Source of the DNA: Octopus bimaculoides
Taxonomy: Eukaryota
Length of the DNA: 64,000 nucleotides
Direction: 5' to 3'
NCBI RefSeq assembly: GCF_001194135.2
Contig: NC_068982.1
Location: 89,834,800-89,898,799, forward strand
A program made the translations under genes and the position numbers. The notes below the pieces were generated by a model. The model ran no database searches and was not told where the DNA came from. It saw only the letters and a list, made by a program, of their open reading frames with translations. Positions 52,773 through 64,000 of this stretch are shown here, one piece after another. Numbering within the stretch: position 1 is the stretch's first letter; each line of letters starts with the position of its first letter.

Positions 52773-53522
52773 AGCATTCATCATTAACAGAAGGTGATAA
52801 AGTGAGTACCGTACAAAATACCTCATATTATTTCATTTAATCTCTACATTTTGAATTCAAACTTCACTGGTTATAAACATTATCTATTATTCTTTAGTCA
52901 AGAAAATACATTTTAATTCCTGCTCTTGTACCGATTTTATAATAATGGTATACTGAGCATTAGGATTAAGCATCCAATAAGTTCGTTGTTATTTATTCAT
53001 TTCTCTCACCCTATTAATTTTGATTGTATATCGTTCATAGAACTGCTGGCCTGCTTTTCTTTAGCCCTCAGTATACGATTATGAAGAAAGAGGGAAACCT
53101 GTTATGTCACTCAAACAAATATATTAATGTGATTTGCCGCAGGGCTGCGTAAATCTTTTTTGTTATAAAGAGAGATAAAAAAGAAACCCAAGTAGATACT
53201 GAGTATTAACCTGAAAACATGATGATCTCCTTTATAGAAAACTAGAACTATTAGTAAGTTTGTTTTCTTACAGACGCATCAACACACAAAACCCCTTTCA
53301 GTTTTTCCTTATATGCAAACGCATAATGGAAGAGAGAGAGGAAGAGTTCGGTACAAATATATGTTGGTATCTTGACAACATACGCATATCCATCCATCCA
53401 TCCGTATATATATATATATACATATACTTACATACGTATATATATATATAAATGCATATATATATATATAAATACACACACGCATATATATATATATATA
53501 TATGATTACACACACACATATA

Positions 53523-53741
53523 CATGGTTGGCCAAAAGTCACCTAACAGTAAATCAAAAGTCCATAAATACTATCAATAACTCTGTATTGACTCAAGAAG
53601 GCGCTCAAGAAGGACTTCTGTTTGAACAATTTTCATGTTTCATATTTAGATGCTTTTATTAAATTCATTCAATTGTTAAACATAAATAAATCTTGGAATT
53701 AAATGGTTTTGATTTACTCAGGTGACTTTTGGCGTACCAAA
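53523..53741. mobile_element. Tc1/mariner-type MITE with ~37-bp TIRs and TA flanks
   Basis: Left: TA-catggttggccaaaagtcacctaacagtaaatcaaaa. Reverse complement of right: TA-tttggtacgccaaaagtcacctg--agtaaatcaaaa. Confidence 0.7.
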
Positions 53742-54585
53742 TATATACATACATACATGCATACATACATACATGCATACATACATACATACAACAAACA
53801 TACATACATACATACATACATACATACAGATAAAGTTTATGGCTATTCAGAGGTTTATTAAGAAGAATATATTAACAAAAGGTTAGAAATGTATGGATAC
53901 TTTTGAGTATATACCAGACATTTTCCACAATGGAGGGAGGAAAATAAATTATTCAGAAATAGTTTAATATTTATACATATTGTACACTCCGAATAGCCAT
54001 AAACTTTATCTGTATACAATATAAAAACATTGTTTTAAAACATTTAACTATAGTACCACATGATAAGACTTTCCCTGTTTTATTATCAATGGTCTGCTAG
54101 TGGGTGACCCCCTTAGTCGTCAACGAACATCTTGTTTTAAGTTTTCCTTTACCAAACCTCATGATTTTTATGACTATGCCAACTATGATTTTTGTCTGCT
54201 CTCTCAGCCCTACTCCTAACAGATAATGTCCTTTATTCTCTCAGCCTTAGATATACAAGGGTTGATAAACAAGTCTATAAATTAAACTGACCCCATATAA
54301 ACAAATAAAGTCAGTGACAGGCAGAGTCTTCACAATTTATTGATAAACTTCTATGTTGTAGTAGAGACAACATGTTCTTTGTCTATCTCCTTCACTTCTT
54401 GGAGATTTTAGGTATAGTTATACTAATGTGTCCATCTGTTCTAATTTAATTAAATTCAATGTCTCTGTGCAGCTGAGAATTGCTCCTCATTTTAAATTGA
54501 TGTAATGACTGCATTGTTCAATTAAATGGAGTTGCATGAAACGATGGTACTGCATTACCTCTGGATATCCTTGTTACTTATTTTG

Positions 54586-54633
<48 letters not shown>

Positions 54634-54990
54634 GACATAAACAATGTTGATTGTTGTAAATTTGACTTACAGCTGTTTCCAGTCGTTATAGATTTGTTAT
54701 TGATTGATTTACTCAATCAGTCCATTGATCAGTTGAGAGAAATTGAACGACCTAGAGAATTAATGTAACGTTATGCCTTGTCTTGTATTTTGATGTGTAT
54801 AAAAGAAACAGTAGAAATAGAACACAACCGTGTTTATAATATAGAATGGTATTGAACTATAACCTCGGACTCTGCTACAAGAATACTCGGAGTTCTTTAC
54901 TAATCTGAACAAAATTGTTACCCTGGTGTACTTACTGAGAGCTTATAAAGTATTTTTCCCAGACTGATAATCCCTCGCTAATAACTCTAT

Positions 54991-55213
54991 NNNNNNNNNN
55001 NNNNNNNNNNNNNNNNNNNNNNNNNNNNNNNNNNNNNNNNNNNNNNNNNNNNNNNNNNNNNNNNNNNNNNNNNNNNNNNNNNNNNNNNNNNNNNNNNNNN
55101 NNNNNNNNNNNNNNNNNNNNNNNNNNNNNNNNNNNNNNNNNNNNNNNNNNNNNNNNNNNNNNNNNNNNNNNNNNNNNNNNNNNNNNNNNNNNNNNNNNNN
55201 NNNNNNNNNNNNN
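54991..55213. other. Assembly gap (N run)
   Basis: Ns, with (TA)n on the right. Confidence 0.99.
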
Positions 55214-55261
55214 TATATATATATGTAACTACAGGTGGATCGTTGGTGATTTGTTTTCTCC

Positions 55262-55305
55262 GTCTTCTGTTTCTGACGAAGAGCTTTACTCGAAACGTAA
55301 AAACT
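55262..55305 (+). ncRNA. Hammerhead-ribozyme-like motif within a (TA)n-flanked short element (~55225-55410)
   Basis: gttt-CTGACGA-A-GAG-cttta-CTC-GAAAC-GT-A-aaaac. All core boxes are present, with palindromic AC|GT helix III, a GUA triplet and a 3-bp stem I. Confidence 0.6.
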
Positions 55306-56184
55306 ACCTTTCTTTCTTTCCCTGAGCGTCTGCTAATACTTTGCATGTTCCACGTCGTTGCGTTGTTTTTTCTTGTGTTTGTTCTTCGTTTTTTTGGGGG
55401 GGATTTGCTATTTATGTATATATGTATGTATATATATGCATACATAAGTATTCACATACAATACACATATGTAAATACGTTGTGTGGCCAATGAAGCCTA
55501 ATTTATTTAGAAAGATGACTGTTCCACATTCTTATTTGTTTCCTTCTATTTATGTGGCAATTAACGATTTTAAGTTGGAAGGGAGTTTTACCAGAACGTG
55601 GATCCTAATTGTAACAAATGATGTATTTCAGTTTCATTTATTTAGTTAACTAGTTATTCATTTTGATGTACAACTGCTGCTGTGCCAAAAAATAAAAAAG
55701 CTAACAGAACAGCTGTTTCCCTTTTTTTAAAAAAACATTATTATTTTTTTACAATGACATGATTTTGAAAAGAAAGCCTATCGGCTGTATGCAACTTTGG
55801 ACAATACAACAACAATACAATGATTAACGTGTTCTGTCAATCAATGGATGAAAAAATCTTACAAAGGCTGGGATTAAGATTAGAAGATATACAATATTTT
55901 TCCTATATATTACTGTCAATTATTGTTTAGTGAATGAACTTACATGTAGATTGATTTTTATTTCTAGCTCTAATCTGGACTATTTTCATTGATTAAAAAC
56001 AAAAGGGTTTGAACAGTAAATACAGCTTTATTGATACAGTAAGGATTCAATAAATGCTAATATTGTCAAGTACACAATGAATCCTAGAGATAATCATTAT
56101 AATACAGAACTTTAAGTAACAATGTCGAAGAACTTGTCAAATGTTTAAAGATCTTAATTACAAAATATATTATTATCATTATTA

Positions 56185-56395
56185 AGGCGGCAAATGGGCC
56201 GGATCGTTAGCACACCGGACAAAATGCTTAACAGCATTTCTTTCGGCTCTTTACGTTCTCAGTTCATATTCTGTGAGGTCGACTTTGCTTTTTATCCTTT
56301 CGAGGCCAATAAAATAAGTATCATTAAGCACTGTGCTCGATGTAATCGATTTACTCCCACCCTTGAAATTTGCTGGCCCTGTGACAAAATCATCA
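56185..56395 (+). mobile_element. Family A SINE
   Basis: aaggcggcaaatgggccggatcgttagcacacc...gctggccctgtgacaaaatcatcatt. Confidence 0.85.
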
Positions 56396-56451
56396 TTATT
56401 ATCATCATTATTAATAGTAGTAATGATAGCAGTAGTAGGCGTAGTAGTAAG

Positions 56452-56633
56452 CCTTTCTACTATAGGTAAAATATCTGCAATTTGGCGGGAGTGGGATAGT
56501 TATTTTATCGACCTCGAAAGAATGAAAGGCGAAGTTGACCTCGGCAGAATTTGAACTCAGAATGTAAAGACGGGCCGAAATGCCGTTAAGCATTTTGCCC
56601 AGTGTGCTAACGATTCTGCCAGCTCGCCGTCTT
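56452..56633 (-). mobile_element. Family A SINE, inverted relative to its neighbour
   Basis: ctttctactatagg...ttttatcgacctcgaaagaatgaaaggcgaagttgacctcggc...ctgccagctcgccgtctta. Confidence 0.85.
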
Positions 56634-57005
56634 AGGAGTAATAGTAGTAATATTGAACTTAGCAATATTTGGTTCGATCAGAGGGTATGGGAAAAAGATT
56701 TGTTGTAGATGCCTCATAGAGATATAGAACTCATCATTCGTGCTTGGGAAGCGGAAGTCTTGATTCTTCGGTAATGCCTGCATCCACCCAAAGCCGCACT
56801 GTTCTATTGAACATAGCTATAGTTTTTTAACCAAAACCCTATGTGTGTATATGGGTTTAACATCAGCTGACCTTTGGATACCGTTGGCTTTGATCACTCA
56901 GTAGCAAGCATTCAGGTCAGGTCTCCGGTTTTAAGATACTGTTCTCATTTCTCTTAATAGTTTCGGATTCTCTGTACAGCTGTCCCTTTTGTGTAAGCGC
57001 GTATA

Positions 57006-57105
57006 NNNNNNNNNNNNNNNNNNNNNNNNNNNNNNNNNNNNNNNNNNNNNNNNNNNNNNNNNNNNNNNNNNNNNNNNNNNNNNNNNNNNNNNNNNNNNNN
57101 NNNNN
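57006..57105. other. Assembly gap (100 Ns, possibly an unsized placeholder)
   Basis: Ns. Confidence 0.95.
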
Positions 57106-58324
57106 TATATACATACATATATATATATATATATATATCGCAATAAGCATCTCTAATTCTTTGAAAGTCACCAACTAATGCTTCCAGTTCTTTTTTGTCC
57201 AAATGTAAAAGCTAGAAAGTGCAAATTGTAAAATATATACTTAGAGAAGTGTTCAGATTTTTGTCTATACGAAGTACTAGGTAAAGAAATCGGCAAAATG
57301 TAACAAACATTAATGCACAACAGATATCCTAAATGACTAATAGACCAAACCGCAGTAAAATATACAACACAATGCATCAGATACTAACCATGCCTATTAA
57401 TAATACACAAGTCCCACAAAAAATGCATTATACGAATAACATTATAAAAAAATCTCATAAAATGGAACATGAAATGCATCACACTAAAAAATGCTTAACA
57501 CAAAAAAGCTACCAGAATACTAATGTAATAAAAAAAATAAACTATAACTTTGTAGTTTAGAAAAGCTTATAAATCCAAGAACAAGTTACAAATATAATAT
57601 ATACATTTTGTTAACTTTCCCACACTAGTCCTAAAATTACAACGCTCTTTCTTGGACTTTGTACTTATAAAAAGGTGCAGCTGCAATTCACTACGCAACA
57701 CAACGCATACCAATTTTAGGTAAGAAATCCTTAGTGGATAGCACATACGATATATAATTCTTCACAAAAATAGATGATTAATGATGGCAACATTAATCAT
57801 AATATAACAATGGTGAAAAAAATATGCAGACAATATCTTACACATAAAATAAACATGTGACATGAATAATAAATGTAACGCTTAAATTAAAAATTTTGTT
57901 GATAAATTCTACATAATTCATACCAGGTTACAAAAAAGGCAATCACGGACGTTAACAAAAGTTCATATCCCGAAGATGAGGGTAAAATTCTGTAATGTTT
58001 ACGATGGATTTATAAATTTATTGTTTCAAACGAACTGCAACAAGCTCATAAAAGAGGAAAAAGAGGAAAAGAAAACCTTGACAAAGAAGAACATAAAAGT
58101 ATACATTACTTTCTGTCTGTGTCACCAGACACATGAATTTATGTATGTATGTATTTACCGTCAGGCTGGTGTTTGGCTTGAAATAACACACCTGATGCGT
58201 AAATAGTTTCTACTTAGTTTTGGCAAATATACTATGTATCAGACAGAAAACTGTTAAAAAGTAAAACTATCTCTCTTTTACTCTCTCTCCCTATATATAT
58301 CTATCTATCTACATACACACACGT

Positions 58325-58355
<31 letters not shown>

Positions 58356-59173
58356 NNNNNNNNNNNNNNNNNNNNNNNNNNNNNNNNNNNNNNNNNNNNN
58401 NNNNNNNNNNNNNNNNNNNNNNNNNNNNNNNNNNNNNNNNNNNNNNNNNNNNNNNNNNNNNNNNNNNNNNNNNNNNNNNNNNNNNNNNNNNNNNNNNNNN
58501 NNNNNNNNNNNNNNNNNNNNNNNNNNNNNNNNNNNNNNNNNNNNNNNNNNNNNNNNNNNNNNNNNNNNNNNNNNNNNNNNNNNNNNNNNNNNNNNNNNNN
58601 NNNNNNNNNNNNNNNNNNNNNNNNNNNNNNNNNNNNNNNNNNNNNNNNNNNNNNNNNNNNNNNNNNNNNNNNNNNNNNNNNNNNNNNNNNNNNNNNNNNN
58701 NNNNNNNNNNNNNNNNNNNNNNNNNNNNNNNNNNNNNNNNNNNNNNNNNNNNNNNNNNNNNNNNNNNNNNNNNNNNNNNNNNNNNNNNNNNNNNNNNNNN
58801 NNNNNNNNNNNNNNNNNNNNNNNNNNNNNNNNNNNNNNNNNNNNNNNNNNNNNNNNNNNNNNNNNNNNNNNNNNNNNNNNNNNNNNNNNNNNNNNNNNNN
58901 NNNNNNNNNNNNNNNNNNNNNNNNNNNNNNNNNNNNNNNNNNNNNNNNNNNNNNNNNNNNNNNNNNNNNNNNNNNNNNNNNNNNNNNNNNNNNNNNNNNN
59001 NNNNNNNNNNNNNNNNNNNNNNNNNNNNNNNNNNNNNNNNNNNNNNNNNNNNNNNNNNNNNNNNNNNNNNNNNNNNNNNNNNNNNNNNNNNNNNNNNNNN
59101 NNNNNNNNNNNNNNNNNNNNNNNNNNNNNNNNNNNNNNNNNNNNNNNNNNNNNNNNNNNNNNNNNNNNNNNNN
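58356..59173. other. Assembly gap (N run)
   Basis: Ns flanked by (TA)n on both sides. Confidence 0.99.
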
Positions 59174-59829
59174 ATATATATATTCATGTATATATGTCTC
59201 TTTAAGTCTGTATTTCGTGTACATGCGTGCATGGATTTGTAACTGCGTAGCTAAGCTTTTGAAACTTAATGGAAGATACTTTCGATGAAATAGATACGCA
59301 AGTTTTACTACCTTTATTCAAGAGTTCTCTCTCTCTCTTTTCTCTTTCTCTCTATCGCAGACGATTTCTCTTACCAACAACTACGCTGGTTTTTCACACA
59401 ACACATGCGATACATTAAAACCACGACTCTGTAGGACATCGCTTATTAGCAAATATCTTATTCTTATTAATAAGGCCTCGCCGATAGGTTCTGTGTTTCA
59501 GCTATGAAATATTTATAGCTATTGTGAGAAGATCAGCATTTCTTTCCAATTTTGCTATTTTTGGAATACGCCTGCAACACTTCATTGACAAGGAAATCAA
59601 GTATAATGTTCTATGTGCATCTTAGATTTATGTAAAGTATGTTCTTACTAAGGTGTATGTGTATATGTGTCAGTATACGAAAAATATAGCAATGTTTCCT
59701 AGGTATAATATTAGTCGACAATCTCATTTTCGTGCATCTTACCAATATTGAATAAGTTCTTTGTATTGTGTTATTTCCTGGCATTATTTTTCTTTTTTGT
59801 CCGTTTTGTTTTTATTGAAATATTTATTT

Positions 59830-60150
59830 AATCTTCTTTTCTTTATTGTAAAGCCTGGTACTTATTCTATCGGTGTCTTTTGCCGGAATGCTATGTTACG
59901 GGGACGTAGGCACACCAACACCGGTGGTCAAGCAGTTGTGGGGGACAAACACGCGCACACACAAACACACACACACACACACATATGACGGGCTTCTTTC
60001 AGTTTCTGTCTACCAAATCCACTCACAAGGCTTTGGTCGGCCCGAGGCTATAGCTGAAGATACTTACTCAAAGTGCCACGCAGTGGGACTGAACACGAGA
60101 ACCATGCGGTTGGGTAGCAAGCTTCTTACCACACAGCCACGCCTGCGCCT
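59830..60150 (-). mobile_element. Family B SINE
   Basis: aagcctggtacttattctatcgg...gggcttctttcagtttc...cttcttaccacacagccacgcc. Confidence 0.9.
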
Positions 60151-60394
60151 ATTGTTTGTTTAAATTTTGTATTTATGATCAGAATATTCATAAAATTTAA
60201 TAGTAAAACTGGTGATGATTTAAATAATGGTAATAGATTATGGTAATGTATTTTTCGTTTTTTATCAACAACGACAACAACATCAAAAAGTGATGATGAC
60301 TGGGATGAGGATGACAGCGATGCTGATGAGGATTTTGCTTATCTTACAACAAAGGCAATACATATTCAACAAGAATATGTAATATAATATTCTC

Positions 60395-60773
60395 TTCTAC
60401 TCTAAGCGCAAGGCCCGCGACTGGGACTTAGCTTATCGACCCCGAAGGATGAAAGGCAAAGTCGACTTCGGAGGAATTGAACTCAGAATGTAAAGACTGA
60501 CGAAATACCGCTAAGCATTTCGCCCGGTGTGCTAACGTTTCTTATTTCTTTATTGCCCACAAGGGGCTAAACATAGAGGGGACAAACAAGGACAGACAAA
60601 GGGATTAAATCGATTACATCGACCCCAGTGCGTAACTGGTACTTAATTTATCGACCCCGAAGGATGAAAGGCAAAGTCGACTTCGGAGCAATTGAACTCA
60701 GAACGTAAAGACTGACGAAATACGACTAAGCATTTCGCCCGGTGTGCTAACGATTCTGCCAGCACGCCGCCTT
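60395..60773 (-). mobile_element. Dimeric family A SINE
   Basis: Two bodies joined by gctaacgtttcttatttctttattgcccacaagggg, the same junction as at 2.1 and 31.8 kb. Confidence 0.9.
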
Positions 60774-60866
60774 AATAATCATAATAAGAGCACACAGAGA
60801 GCACAAACCTCCCTCCGGCAACGCAACACCAACGTCCTCTCAACGATTAGCCTGAGATGATTTTTA

Positions 60867-61439
60867 NNNNNNNNNNNNNNNNNNNNNNNNNNNNNNNNNN
60901 NNNNNNNNNNNNNNNNNNNNNNNNNNNNNNNNNNNNNNNNNNNNNNNNNNNNNNNNNNNNNNNNNNNNNNNNNNNNNNNNNNNNNNNNNNNNNNNNNNNN
61001 NNNNNNNNNNNNNNNNNNNNNNNNNNNNNNNNNNNNNNNNNNNNNNNNNNNNNNNNNNNNNNNNNNNNNNNNNNNNNNNNNNNNNNNNNNNNNNNNNNNN
61101 NNNNNNNNNNNNNNNNNNNNNNNNNNNNNNNNNNNNNNNNNNNNNNNNNNNNNNNNNNNNNNNNNNNNNNNNNNNNNNNNNNNNNNNNNNNNNNNNNNNN
61201 NNNNNNNNNNNNNNNNNNNNNNNNNNNNNNNNNNNNNNNNNNNNNNNNNNNNNNNNNNNNNNNNNNNNNNNNNNNNNNNNNNNNNNNNNNNNNNNNNNNN
61301 NNNNNNNNNNNNNNNNNNNNNNNNNNNNNNNNNNNNNNNNNNNNNNNNNNNNNNNNNNNNNNNNNNNNNNNNNNNNNNNNNNNNNNNNNNNNNNNNNNNN
61401 NNNNNNNNNNNNNNNNNNNNNNNNNNNNNNNNNNNNNNN
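60867..61439. other. Assembly gap (N run)
   Basis: Ns. Confidence 0.99.
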
Positions 61440-61679
61440 TATTTTATATAATTTTACTTATGTCTAATGAGTCCTCATTACTCCCAAGAATTTCATTTTT
61501 ACTCCACTTGGGATAATTCACCTTGGATGCCCGACCCTTGACATAGAGCATCATTGCTTTCTGAGATATGGAGTAATGGACCTACCTGGAAAAAAATATA
61601 AGATGAGGAATGGTATCACTGAATGATCGGTCTAAGTAAACAATCTTGGAAATGAGAGTATGTGTGTGTGTTGGGGGGG

Positions 61680-61840
61680 GGGGCGATGTAATGGAAGGTA
61701 ATACTTTGCTGGTACTTCATGTTATCAATCTCGAAAGAATGATGCGGGAAACCGACCCTGGTGGGATTTAGACTCAGAACATAGTCTGAATAAATCCCGT
61801 AAATCATTTTCCCCGGTGCTCTAAAGATTCTGCGTATTCC
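61680..61840 (-). mobile_element. Degenerate family A SINE
   Basis: ctggtacttcatgttatcaatctcgaaagaatga...gactcagaac...ctctaaagattctgc. Confidence 0.6.
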
Positions 61841-61845
61841 CCCGT

Positions 61846-62022
61846 AATGATGATGATGATGATGATCATCATCATCATGACGATGATGATGATGATGATG
61901 AAGGTGGTGATGATGATGAATCCCCGATTTTGCGCAACCGTCTTCTTGTAATGATGGCGATAATGGAAATGATAATGATTATGCTGATGATGACGATGAT
62001 GATAATGATGATGATGATGATG
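61846..62022. repeat. Interrupted (GAT)n/(CAT)n microsatellite
   Basis: Directly visible. Confidence 0.9.
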
Positions 62023-62054
62023 AAACTCAATAAATCTCCCAAGAGAAGAATATT

Positions 62055-62600
62055 TTAAAGAGACTATCTTTCACACTCTCTCAGTCTCTCATTTTCTTTT
62101 CGTCTCTCCGTGCTATTCCAATTCCTTTTGACACCGTCATTCATGATTGCTATGCTAAACCAAACTAATTGTGGATTTAAATTTTATAAGATGACCATCA
62201 ATCATCTTTCATATTTGAGTGATTTAAAGCTATGCAAGATTGGATGACCAGAAGAAAACTTAGGACGACACAGAATATTGTTAACTAACGTCTCATAAAT
62301 AAATGGTTAGATAAGGAAACAGAAATTAATGAATTAGAATATGTACGGTTCAAAGGATATGTGCAAATAAATTTACACGGATATAAAATCGAAGATAAAA
62401 ATCAGTTAAGTATATTGAGAGACCATTAGATTAGTATTCAGGAGATAAAGGAATATTACGAGGAGCAAATTCATAGCATTAACACCTGGATATTACCTGT
62501 AATACGTTACAGTTTTAATGAACTCATTTGAAAGATAAATGCATTTTATAAGACGGAAGAAGAAAACTGACAGCGTTTAAGATAATGAGATGAAAAAAAA
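62055..62600 (+). pseudogene. Third, very old R4/Dong-like RT remnant
   Basis: INHLSYLSDLKL (~62198; cf. INHLLYMDDLKL) and HSINTWILPVIRYSF (~62475; cf. AINTWAIPVIRYS). Confidence 0.55.
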
Positions 62601-64000
62601 CCCCAGAAAAAGCAACATACGGTTTATGACCAAATTTGCAATGAGCAAAAATGCAGAAGATAATGACGGCACTGAGAAAATTCTTATTTTAAATGCGCTT
62701 ATATTAAAAGTTAAATATAATGTTAAATAACATTAGCAATATATAGAAAAAATGTTCTATATTGACTGGGATGTTATCAAATAAAGAACAATGATGGTAG
62801 TGTGAGAAAAAGAACGAAAGAGAACCTTCAGTAAATAAAGAAAAAAATAACAGAAATAAAGAAAATTCGACGAATAATATTTGCTCGGTTCCGCTTCAAA
62901 ATATAATCATAAACTAATAAGAATAGAACAGAAATTCGAAAGTTAAGTATGAAGGTCAATAAAATCATACTACATTACCAGTTTCTATTAATCAAAAATT
63001 ACACTTTAAAAAATATATTAGCAATGGAATCATGTTGAATGTGCTGAATACTTAGTAATTACAAAAAAGACACCAGTGACAATCATAAATTTTGGCATAA
63101 AAACATATACTGCAGCAATACAAACAATAAGTGGATATGCTAGAGACTCGATAAATAATTTTTATCCTATCTTTTTTACACGAAGTTATGTTCTTATCTT
63201 GTGAAGGTGTTTCATTCAGTCAGTAAATAGCATTAATTATACGACTAAAAGTTTTCATAGTATAAAGTACTTTTTAAGTGGTAAGCTAACATTACGTATT
63301 CTACAAGTATGGAGAGTTCATAGAATAAGATTAGAATCTGCTGAAACTCGTGATGGTCTGCTTCGGAAACAAAAATAGAAGAGAAAAACATTCAATATAA
63401 TTGTAAAAAGATATAAATAAAGATGTATTCATGTACCGGAAGAGGAAGCAAGTATCTAACGTTTCAGGTAAAGATCATTTTCGAATTATATTAACTGTTT
63501 TTCTTCTAAGAAGAATGACGCTGCCCTAAATGTCAGCACTCATCTCTTCTTACGTATTTGAATATATTTTATCAAAACCCTGAAGTTAATTGCTCACACC
63601 ACCCAAACACAACGTTGCTTAAGAAAGAAAAAAATAAAACAGAACAATTAAGGTGAATAAGTAAAAGAAAAAAATAACGTTTATCTTTAAAATATTTATT
63701 CCTTATCAAAATAACTGAGTTTTTAGCTTTGCAAAATTCAGAGAACAGTGCTGGCAGGGTGCATTTAGTTCCTCACGCAAGACGGAAGACATGCAGTCTC
63801 CTTAGCTCTAGGTTGAAATGCAAAGTTTACGAGTAGATGCAGTATGTTAAGAGCAGATCGAAATTATTTGAACTGCCGAATTCTTTCTACGTTTATGTTT
63901 AACTGCAAATTATTACCAAAATAGTGCATTTCGTGTTTGCATAACTTCTTCTTACAAATCAACTGGTTTCTATTGGATTCAAAAGTTTTCAAACAATTCA

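Noticed and set aside
56950-57000. Minus-strand ...atccGAAACtatt hammerhead-like half
   Set aside because: No recognisable CTGANGA box upstream.
57130-57222. Possible minus-strand exon LLHLDKKELEALVGDFQRIRDAYC after ttgcactttctag
   Set aside because: The acceptor is plausible, but the frame runs into (TA)n with no convincing donor and the peptide is not recognised.
58301-59288. Long 300+ aa ORFs, and all other X-containing ORFs
   Set aside because: They are open only because they span N-gaps.

Overview
This is AT-rich, repeat-dense eukaryotic genomic DNA with 8 N-gaps, most of them bordered by (TA)n. The repeat families look like those I associate with Octopus genomes (tRNA-derived SINEs, one with a CORE-like domain, plus abundant microsatellites), but that organism call is pattern recognition and not a database result. 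I found no intact host protein-coding gene, rRNA, true tRNA or CRISPR array, so the window is most likely intronic or intergenic. The only convincing coding signals are dead retroelements: three R4/Dong-like (RLE-type) RT remnants, a CR1-group RT, a Tx1/L1-like C-terminal piece and several Penelope-like remnants. DNA elements include a non-autonomous Helitron with exact A|TC...CTAG|T ends, a Tc1/mariner-type MITE, a hAT-like end and a palindromic MITE-like element. The best candidate for an under-described system is a set of short (TA)n-associated elements carrying hammerhead-ribozyme cores (about 27.2, 27.5, 51.0 and 55.3 kb), resembling Penelope terminal repeats or retrozymes. Family labels A, B, C and E are my own, and most repeat boundaries are approximate (+/-10-20 bp).
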